Shown here: positions 11,180-19,733 of the stretch, one piece after another | How positions within the stretch are numbered: the stretch's first letter is position 1 | Layout: every line of letters starts with the position of its first letter | From: Octopus sinensis | Lineage: Eukaryota | Assembly (NCBI RefSeq): GCF_006345805.1 | Contig: NW_021824193.1 | Span: 1 to 19,733 of the forward strand | Direction of reading: 5' to 3' | DNA length: 19,733 nucleotides | Translations under genes and position numbers: made by a program | Notes under the pieces: generated by a model | Told to the model about the DNA's origin: nothing | Seen by the model: the letters and a program-made list of their open reading frames with translations, nothing else | The model's database searches: none

Positions 11180-12152
11180 CTTTGAAGCAACTTGTTCAGT
11201 CTTCGCGGTAAAATAAGCCCTAATCTTTACATTCTAATGGTTCCTTTTCTTTCTTTGCAGATTATACCAAAGTTCTTAAATTTGTATCGATTTGACCCTT
11301 TAAAATGAGATTAGATCAGATACAGCATGCTTTATGAATTAAAAGGAGCTCTTCCGCAATGGAAGAAATAATCGTTCTGTCTATGGAAATGAAACTCTAA
11401 GTGTCCAGACATGCTAATGATGATTTGGCCAGCTTCGTCCGGGAATTTTTTTTCTCACAGTTACCCTTTCATCTAGATGACCAAGTTCTATCAATATTGA
11501 ACTTCTGAAAGCAGTTGAGAAAAAGTCAAAGCAAGCTACACGGGAATTAGCAAAACAGTTCAATTCGATTAATTTTGCGATCAGAAAAGTCCAAAAAATA
11601 GAAAATGTCTAAACCTGGTCAGTGAGTTCTTCATCATTTGACTGCTTCTCAGTTTAATAAAATAATAATGATGTTCTCTGTTTATCATGAAACGGTAGAC
11701 TTGTTATCGATCCTTTCCTGGGCAGAATCATCATAATTAGGGAAAAACGGATTTTCTATAATCATACCTTCCGGAAACGATTATGGTTGGTAACTAATAG
11801 AAAAGGAAAGTGTACCCCGCAAGTCAGGAATTACACCCGTAAAAGTTATGCTCTGCATTTGGTGAGATATGAAGAGTACCGTGTATCATAAATTCTTAAA
11901 CCAAAGCGAAACAATTAATGCGGAGAATTAGTGTGGTCAATAAGTAGCATTGCAGAAATAGGTCCACACAAAGCGCCCATCAGGGGTCAACCGTAAGAGT
12001 ATCATTATACTCTTAAACATTAATGAGAGACTCCAAATTGCCCAAGTCACTCAGCAAAAGATTAAGGCACTAAATATGGAAGTTTTGTTTCGTCTTCCAT
12101 AATCTCCTGGCCTTGTTCCATCTGACTTTCATATTTTCAGATAATTGCAACA
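11180..12152 (+). pseudogene. Decayed mariner transposase, 3'-truncated
   Basis: Manual translation across frameshifts gives mariner hallmarks: MLYE.K, SVYGNETLSV, TRELA, PFLGRII...EKRI, KVMLCIW.DMK, ETINAE, NRKSIIIL, SPGLVPSDFHIFR (YSPDLAPSD motif). Confidence 0.9.
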
Positions 12153-12153
12153 T

Positions 12154-12369
12154 TATACAATTCTATATTTAAGAGATGAGGAATTATGTACGTTATTTAC
12201 ATTATTTACATTTGACGCATATTTGTCCTCATCTTGTTTGTTGTTAACACAACGTTTCGGCTGATATACCCTCCAGCCTTCATCAGGTGTCCTGGAGAAA
12301 TCTCGAACCTGGGTTCTCATTCCTAAGGTATTTTTCAATGGTGTTGTTGTTGTTGTTATTATTATTATT

Positions 12370-12464
<95 letters not shown>

Positions 12465-12537
12465 CATCATTATTCAGGTCACTGCCTGGAATCGAACTCG
12501 GAATCTTGGGGTTAGTAGCTCGCGCACTTAACCACTA
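12154..12537 (-). mobile_element. tRNA-headed SINE-like element with internal microsatellite and hammerhead-bearing tail
   Basis: A-box-like TAGTGGTTAAG (12537-12527), anticodon-like loop CTACTAA, B-box GAGTTCGATTCC (12499-12488), (AAT/GAT/AAC)n spacer 12473-12341, HHR 12291-12246, tail with short ATGTAAATA repeats. Confidence 0.75.
12246..12291 (-). ncRNA. Intact minimal type I hammerhead ribozyme (Penelope-type)
   Basis: GACAC / CUGAUGA-A / GGCUG-gagggUAUAU-CAGCC / GAAAC-GUU / GUGUU. Palindromic AACGUU stem III; predicted cleavage between 12251 and 12250. Confidence 0.88.
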
Positions 12538-13430
12538 GGTTACTAACCCAGCATTTTCCATAAATAGATTATTACATATCAGACAGTAAAGTCATATTTT
12601 ACTCAGCCTCCACCTGTAGTTCATCAGCGGCACACATTACAAACTTTTTAGTTGTGGTGGCATTGGACCGCTTCAAGCTCCACTGTTAGTTTGGCACTGT
12701 GTGGTGACCACAGCTGAGAGCAGTAGTCCAGCCAGCTGACAATAAGGGTCAGCATAATTCTTGGTCTACTGTCTTGAAGGGCCTTAGTATCCATCCTGCC
12801 AATTATTTGCGCCTTGCTATCATCTTGGTGATGTGCATAAGAAATTATGCACCATTGCACGTACTGATTCCCAAGTCTTTCACTGCTTGTGACTGAGATT
12901 ACAGTGCCTTTGGGTCATGTAGATGCAGGCTGTTGTGTATTCGTGAGTTGATAGCGCAGTGCTTGAAACTTTCCAGCATTAAACGGCATGTTATTTACTT
13001 CAGTCCATTTGTAAATATTGAACAAGAAAGTTCCCTGGGGGATATATCACATCAGAATGGTGAAGCGGCTGTTTCAAAATCCAGTCATAGTGCTGTAAGA
13101 GACAAGTGAGGCAGCTTCCTCCTGAACAGAAGCCATGCTGCGTATTGTTCAGTAAGTCATTTTCTTCTAGGAATATTATCAGTTTCATTCTGGTGATTCG
13201 TTCCGTGGTTTTATTCGTGTGTGAAGTCAGAGAGATTGGCACTTTTGTGGAAAGGGCATGTAATTACTTCTTTTGGCTTCTTAGGAAGTTTGACACTTGT
13301 AAGGAAACTCTGGAAGTGTATCTGAAATGGTTTCACTAAAGCCTGCCCCCATAGCTTAAGGAGAATGTGTGGGAAGCCATCGGGACCAGTTTCTGAGCTT
13401 AAGTTCATTCGTTACATCTGCATTCTCATT
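12538..13430 (-). pseudogene. CR1-clade LINE ORF2 fragment with internal deletions
   Basis: Minus ORFs give GPDGFPHILLK, PISLTSH...QHGF..G.SCLT.LL, DVIY, PQGT, IYKW..NNM.FNAGKFQAL, LDYCSQLWSPH...ELEAVQ. Confidence 0.92.
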
Positions 13431-13552
13431 GTCGATGTAATCGACGGCTGCAGTCTACAGAGCTGAAATGTTAAAGAATTCGGCTGTTTTTTTTTCTCTG
13501 CATGTGTTCCGGGAGGTGGTGGGAGGGTAGCTGAAGATACTCTTAAATTGTT

Positions 13553-13818
13553 CATATATATATATATGTGTGCGTGTAAGTATTATGCATGTATATATAT
13601 GTGTTTGTGTATGTATATACATATGCTATATATTATCTGTATATGTATACAAACATATACACATATATCTTCAAATATATATATGCATGTATATATATAT
13701 ATATATACATACATACATATGTGTGTGTTTGTGTGTGTATGTATATTTGTGTGTATTGTGTATGTATATGTATGTGTTTGTGTATGTATATATATATATA
13801 TATATATATATACTATAT

Positions 13819-13852
<34 letters not shown>

Positions 13853-13960
13853 CATATACATATTATATGTATATATGTATACAACATACACATATATCTT
13901 TAAATATATATGTATGTGTGTATATACATGCATACGTGTGTGTGTGTGTGTGTGTGTGTG
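13553..13960. repeat. Compound TA/GT/CA tract
   Basis: Direct reading. Confidence 0.95.
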
Positions 13961-14236
13961 TATTGGTGAGAGAGATAAGTTGTAGATAAATTGAAAGTCC
14001 TTATAACACTGAGCTCATAACCAGTGGAGCGAAATTAATTGATATGATTTCGGGTGGTGAAACTTAAAAACCAATGGAGCGGACAACAAGATTAGTTCCG
14101 ATCGATGGAAACAACGACCTAAGATTGGAACTTCTTTATCTTCGGAACGACTGCTTGTACAACGCACACAACAGACATACGTAGCGTATAACGCACACAA
14201 CATATATACATACAACACACACACACACACACACAC

Positions 14237-14650
14237 TCTTTTTTACTACCCACAAGGTGCTAAACACAGAGAGGACAAACAAGGACAGACAAACGAATTA
14301 AGTCTATTATATCGACCCCAGTGCGTAACTGGTACTTATTTAATCGACCCCGAAAGGATGATAGGCAAAGTCGACCTCGGCGGAATTTGAACTCAGAATG
14401 TAACGGCAGACGAAATACCTATTTCTTTACTACCCACAAGGGGCTAAACACAGAGAGGACAAACAAGGACAGACAAACGGATGAATTCGATTACATCGAC
14501 TCCAGTGCGTAACTGGTACTTAATTTATCGACCCCGAAAGGATGAAAGGCAAAGTCGACCTCGGCGGAATTTGAACTCAGAACGTAACGGCAGACGGAAT
14601 ACGGCTATGCTTTTCGCACGGCGTGCTAACGATTCTGCCAGCTCGCCGCC
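14237..14650 (-). mobile_element. Head-to-tail dimer of a tRNA-derived SINE (Meta-domain-like)
   Basis: Full unit 14650-14419 (head GGCGGCGAGCTGGCAGAATCG, B-box GAGTTCAAATTCC, 'gcctttcatcctttcggggtcgataa' domain) fused to a second unit 14418-14237 that lacks the A-box; embedded in (CA)n. Confidence 0.9.
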
Positions 14651-14694
14651 TTCACACACACACACAACACACACACACACAACACACACACACA

Positions 14695-15250
14695 CTGTTG
14701 GCCTCTCACACTGCTTGAGCGCTTTCATGAAAGACAAGACTGTTTGAGACACATTGTTAACACCAAGGGGCAAAGTAAGACACTTCACATGGAAGTCCTT
14801 TCAAAGGCAAGATGCATAAGCATTCGGTCACTCATCGTGTCTAATTAGAGGCGTTGGGTAGGCCATGTTGTGCGCATGGAAGGCAACAGGATTCGAAAGC
14901 AGCTCTTCCGTGCTGAGCTGTACACTAGAAAGCTTTCTCAGCAGAAACCACAAAAAATGGGTACAGAGACTCCGTATAAAACAATCTGATGGAACTGCAA
15001 ATCAATATAAAGAGCTGAGAAGAACTAACTTTGGTAAGAGCTGAGTGGAAGAAGTGTGAAATTGAAGGTTGTGGAACTTTTGAAGAGGGTTGCCTGGAGC
15101 ACGAAAGTATAAAGCGCTGGCTTCAAAAGGGCTGTCGTCAGAACCTCAAGGAGAACATAAAGTGTTGGAGATGTGAAACGTGAAGTCATGTACTGCTTTC
15201 CAAGACTGGAGACGTCAACCACCTGAAATCCCATGAAAGATCAGCTGTAC
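14695..15250 (+). pseudogene. RTE (BovB-like) LINE 3' ORF fragment
   Basis: Manual translation: LERFH...CLRHIVN, RWVGHVVRMEGNRIRKQLF..EL, EGCGTFEE, and C2H2-like WRCETX..LSKTGDVNHLKSH. Confidence 0.88.
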
Positions 15251-15944
15251 GCAATGCCTTCTCCTCCTTCTATTAAAAAAATTTTTTTTTAATAATATTT
15301 TTGTTGTTTTTTTGTAAAATCTCAGAAAATAATTAAAAATTCACATTTTTTGTCAAATTATTTTGTTATATTTGTCTATCTATCCAACTGTAAACATTTT
15401 AGATACTTCACTAACTTTTTGCTATAACTTGGCAAAAGGGTACATATTTTGCCAAAAATTGCTACATTTGTTCCCACAGTCTTCTTTATCCGCAGCCTAG
15501 ACTGGGTGACTCGACGTGTGTGGTGTGTGAAAAGGTTTTCAAGTTGATTTAGGGTCTGAAGAGACATATTGCGGTTCACAGATATTATAAGCTCACAAAG
15601 TGATTCGTTACAACTCTCGTCTGGCACTTATGCTTCAAACAATGCAGTTTTGCTGCAGGACTGAATAATCAGAAATGCCATCGAACAGCGTGGAAGCTCA
15701 AAGAGGCAACAATCATATGTGAAGATGAAGCAATCTCTATGTATGCATTTATGTGCGCATAAGCACGTTGGCTATGGACCAATATGGCTGTCAATAGTTT
15801 GACGATGGCGATCCAGTTTTACGAACAACAGAGTTATCTGCTCTTGAATTAAACACATATTTATTTTAATGTAATTTTCAGACCAGAATCAGCGTGACAC
15901 AGTGTCTGGGTGTGACGAGGCTGTACCTTTTGAATTGCAGGAAC

Positions 15945-16180
15945 AAGGCGGCGAGCTGGCAGAATCGTTAGCACGCCGGGCGAAATGCTTGGCATATTTC
16001 GTCTGCCGTTACGTTCTGAGTTCAAATTCCGCCAAGGTCAACTTTGCCTTTCATCCTTTCGGGGTCGATAAATTAGATACCAGTTACGCACTGGGGTCGA
16101 TATAATCGACTTAATCCGTTTGTCTGTCCTTGTTTGTCCTCTCTGTGTTTAGCCCCTTGTGGGTAGTAAAGAAATAGGTA
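15945..16180 (+). mobile_element. Full-length SINE of the same family as 14419-14650
   Basis: About 93% identical to the reverse complement of 14419-14650 (roughly 15 differences in ~232 nt by hand count); no TSD seen. Confidence 0.92.
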
Positions 16181-16184
16181 CAAT

Positions 16185-16685
16185 CCATTCCACGGGATTC
16201 TCTACAGTTTCTATCTACCCAATGAGGCAATAGAAAAAGACATGTTTACTCTTTTACTTGTTTCAGCCATCAGACTGCGGTCATACTGGGGCACCACCTC
16301 AAAGAGGTTTCAGTCGAAGTAATCGACCCCAGTACTTTTTTAAAGCCAGGTACTTATTCTATTGTGCTCTTTTTGACGAACCACTACTATAGTAGAAAAC
16401 ACTTAACCAAGGTGCCAGGCAGTGGGACTTAACCCAGAACCGTGTGGCTGGGAAGCAAATTTCTTACCACACATCTACGCCTGCTCTTAGATCCTGCGCA
16501 ATGTGACCAAACCTTGCATTCGTGGTTGCAAAACGATGTTTTTTAAATATGACACTTTATTTATCGACCCCCGTCCACCTCCGAAAGGATCAAAGGCAAA
16601 CTGAACCACAGTGCGATTTGAACTCAGAGCGTTGAGGGTCGAAACGATTATCGCCTAGCAATTTATCCAACGCTCTAACGACTCA
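16185..16685 (-). mobile_element. Cluster of truncated SINEs (CORE-type and Meta-type)
   Basis: 16245-16385 SINE 3' tail ('tactcttttacttgtttcag...atcgacccc'); 16387-16484 CORE-type head and core; 16555-16685 Meta-type ('atcgacccc...gaaaggat..aaggcaaa...atttgaactcag'). Confidence 0.8.
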
Positions 16686-16918
16686 CGTGCACACATACAC
16701 GCGCGTGCGCGCAGGATAATGATCTTCCTTGTCGACAATGACATGTAAGTGACCAGGTCTTCAATTCACATGTATGCGTGTTTTCTGTGTGTGAGCATAC
16801 ATGCATATATGCGTGTGCGATTACGTTTAATTTTGGTTTGAATAATATGCTTAAATTCACAGCACATAAACACAAGCCACCCGTACATTAATTTGCATAT
16901 AAATACTATACAAGTATT

Positions 16919-16920
<2 letters not shown>

Positions 16921-16961
<41 letters not shown>

Positions 16962-16962
16962 T

Positions 16963-17003
<41 letters not shown>

Positions 17004-17014
17004 GACAGACAGGC

Positions 17015-17095
<81 letters not shown>

Positions 17096-17320
17096 TGTAG
17101 GTCTGTAGGTAGGTAGGTAGGTAGGTAGGTAGGTAGGTAGGTAGGTAGGTAGGTAGAAAGGTACGTAGGTAGGTATGCATGTACATTCGTACATACATAT
17201 GCATACATATAATATATTCATATATATGTATACATATGTATATATATACATACATGTATATATACATACATTCATATATATATATATATATACACACATA
17301 CATATATATATATATATACA

Positions 17321-17354
<34 letters not shown>

Positions 17355-17412
17355 CATATATATACACACACATACACACACACATACACACACACACACA
17401 CTCACACACACA
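16921..17412. repeat. Compound (TA)(GA)(GATA)(GGTA)(TACA)(CA) array
   Basis: Direct reading. Confidence 0.95.
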
Positions 17413-17793
17413 CGTAAAAGCCATCCGTCCGTTTGTATGTTTGCCTAATTGCATAGATGCGAGCCCACCTATATATATGTGAACATAATTCTCAATGACC
17501 TGCTGGCCATTGATCATTATTTCTTTCGGAATAATCCCGACTTTCACACGTGATTTCTGATTCTCCATGGCACCACATTCATTTTGGAACTGCAGTCATT
17601 CACCTTGCAATCATTAATTGCTAACGTAATTGCTGGATTGGTTCCAAGTGTTTCGTCTACTGACATTCTTGAAATATTGCGAGCATTCATTTAAAATAAG
17701 ATCTGTCGATTGCTTCATCCAAATTTCTTGTGTTTTGTGTAAATTGTGTTTGGTGTGTGGGAGTGTGTAATGTCATTTTGTGTGTGTTGTGTG

Positions 17794-17836
<43 letters not shown>

Positions 17837-18124
17837 TGTGTCGTTAACTATGAAGGCACATGGCTGAGTTAACAGTTTGTTTCTCCGTCGGGAATTTTAA
17901 AGTTTGGCACCCCCAGCATGGCACCGTATTCAAATATATATTTTTCTATAACTTCGGGTCTACTTGAGTCTCCAGGACTAAACTGGATTGGAGGAAATTG
18001 TGCGAAAGCCTGTCAAATCAACTTTGCCTGTGATTTGAAATACTTACCTTCTTGTACACTGTGTCATGCTGATTCTGACTAAACGTTATGCTAGGGGAAG
18101 GAATTGGCCATGATATGTTCGATA

Positions 18125-18600
18125 ATTTGTGATTATAAGCAGCCGAAGACAACCAGCAAATCTCAAAAGATTCTTAATAAAGGTGAAATTCATATCAGAA
18201 GAATATCAGGTAACAAATTTCGGAGACCCTTGTTGTGAGACATGTGAAACAATTGATCAGGGAACAGTCAAAAGATTCAAAAATGAGAAAGAATTAAAGG
18301 GAAATGCAAATATGAATTGCAAAAGAAAAAATCGCATTTGTATAACAATGCAATGAGAACTATATCGAACAAAACTCTATCAAAATTAATAGATCGTATT
18401 AGAATACATAAACAACAAATTAAAAATTCCTCTCTTAGAAATATTCCATGCGGTGAATATCTAGACATTTGTGGAAATGAAACATTCAAAATATTTCCTT
18501 TTTTACAAAATAAAGGAAGAAAATTATCAATTACGAAAGGAACAATAGAGATTGTTGGAAGGTTGTGGATTTTTTTCTTATTGAAGTACGATGAGCTGAA
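18125..18600 (+). pseudogene. Penelope-like element, Zn-finger plus GIY-YIG endonuclease relic
   Basis: IISSRRQPANLKRFL, GDPCCETC, NANMNCKRKN(L)I, then after a frameshift CNENYIEQ (YIG decayed to YIE), KLIDRIRIHKQQI, PCGEYLDICG..FKIFPF. Confidence 0.88.
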
Positions 18601-18656
18601 AAAAAAGTTTTATATTTCACAGTAGGTGACCAGGGTTGCCAGGTGTGCGAATAAGA

Positions 18657-19022
18657 ATACAAGAGTCAAGGAACGGAGAAGTTAAGATCCGGGTTACATG
18701 TTTCATGGCGAGCAGAACGTCAGAAGTGGTGAATATCCAAGCGAGGCGAATACTGCAGGCTAACTCTTCAGGCCAAGGATATCTTGTTTAAAGGAAAGGT
18801 TACACTGTCGCAAGGAGAAACATGTTAAATTATTCCGATTGAATCTTCCACGTATTAACATGTACTCCCTTGCAACAATGTAAACTTTCATTTAATCAAG
18901 ATATCTTTTACCTGAAGAGCAGCCTGCAGTACACACCTCGCTTGGATATTTACCACTTCAGAGGTTCCGCTTGCTATTAAACATATGTAGATCTTACATG
19001 CTCCATTCTTTAACTCTTGTAT
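18657..19022. repeat. Imperfect ~170-bp inverted repeat
   Basis: Arms 18657-18828 and 18855-19022 with a 26-nt spacer; roughly 75-80% identical by manual alignment. Confidence 0.92.
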
Positions 19023-19046
19023 ATACATCCACACACACACACACCG

Positions 19047-19090
<44 letters not shown>

Positions 19091-19104
19091 ATATATAATA
19101 TATA

Positions 19105-19267
19105 ATACTCTCTCTGTTTTTTTTTCTCGTGCTCCTTTCTGTTGAAGAGCGTAGGCTTGAAATGTAAAAAACCTTTCTCACCTTCCCGAGCGTTAAACTA
19201 ATACACCTGCTAGTTTTTTACACATTGTGTCTTCGTCTTTTGTTTTTTGTTTTTGTAAATTCCAACT
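19105..19267 (+). mobile_element. Short Penelope pLTR-like fragment between (TA)n tracts, containing a variant HHR
   Basis: 19135-19170: CTTT-CTGTTGA-A-GAGC-gtag-GCTT-GAAAT-GTA-AAAA; (TA)n on both sides. Confidence 0.65.
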
Positions 19268-19385
19268 ATATATATATATATATATATATATTAGCCTTGA
19301 GAGATCCTCTCTTATAAACGCTCGGTGCATGAAAACATACACATAGATCGTAGCTGGCGAGAATTGTCGGTCGTGGGCGCCGGAA

Positions 19386-19431
19386 TTTCCATTTCACGTG
19401 ACTTCGGCCTACTGGACCTCTTCAGTGGGAA
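19386..19431 (-). ncRNA. Degenerate minimal hammerhead with palindromic stem III
   Basis: Minus: TTCCCA-CTGAAGA-GGTC-cagta-GGCC-GAAG-TCACGTGA-AA-TGGAAA; positions 15.1 and 16.1 are non-canonical. Confidence 0.55.
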
Positions 19432-19733
19432 GCGCCAGTTACCGTCTCCTAATATTTCCGTGTGTTGTGTGTGTGTGTGTGTGTTTGTGTGAATACAAAT
19501 ATACGTGTAGGTATATCTATAATTGTGGTGTTTTTGGAGCATATCTTACAAAGTGCAATTAACCAGTTGCGTTGAGGCAGGAGTGAACAGTTTCTGCTTC
19601 CGTCAATCCCTGTCATCAGGCTTATCGTTCCCTCCACATCCAAACATCTACGTCTGGCTGTCCGTCTGTCTGTCTGTCGAGTCAAGGATTTTAAAGCGAC
19701 ACATATCAAAGCGTCACATATTCTCACATTATT

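Noticed and set aside
12153-12470. 105-aa minus ORF with 'TPDEGWRVYQPKR'
   Set aside because: It is microsatellite plus the incidental translation of the hammerhead (CCT GAT GAA...CCG AAA CGT), not a protein.
12474-12537. Possible functional tRNA gene
   Set aside because: The 5' acceptor strand is missing and the 3' end runs into microsatellite; treated as a SINE head.
12621-12627. CTGATGA on minus strand
   Set aside because: Inside the CR1 coding relic with no downstream stem II or GAAA.
14085-14160. Imperfect inverted repeat ACAAG..GTTCCGA / TCGGAAC..CTTGT
   Set aside because: Only 5+7 bp with an unpaired interior; within chance expectation.
15376-15800. Minus-strand peptide vaguely like a LINE AP-endonuclease
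   Set aside because: No diagnostic GDFNA or SDH motif recognisable; would need a profile search.
17460-17700. Peptide KSRVKV...IMINGQQVIEN..HIYIG resembling a LINE RT thumb, and a possible AAG|GTGAAT donor on minus
   Set aside because: Similarity is too weak to call and there is no credible splice acceptor.
18622-18643. TAGGTGACCA / AGGGTTGCCA resembling hAT TIR starts
   Set aside because: No inverted partner or 8-bp TSD found.
19580-19625. CTGATGA...GAAAC-T-GTT on minus strand
   Set aside because: Neither stem II nor stem I pairs adjacent to the core.

Overview
AT-rich eukaryotic intronic or intergenic DNA, packed with microsatellites and transposon remnants. The mix of repeats (CORE-type and Meta-type tRNA SINEs, RTE, CR1, mariner, Helitron, Penelope) looks like a cephalopod, probably Octopus; this is an inference from recalled repeat families, not a database result. 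I found no intact host gene. Almost all ORFs in the track come from microsatellites or decayed transposons. Recognisable content: two non-autonomous Helitron copies, a Helentron/HINE-like element, a mariner transposase relic, CR1, RTE and RLE-type LINE fragments, a Penelope GIY-YIG relic followed by a ~170-bp inverted repeat, a 137-bp near-perfect palindrome and several SINEs. The signal that a standard annotation would miss is a set of minimal type I hammerhead-ribozyme (HHR) motifs in unrelated sequence contexts. The best one (12246-12291, minus) is intact and lies downstream of a tRNA-like Pol III promoter, which suggests a SINE-like element carrying a Penelope-type ribozyme tail.
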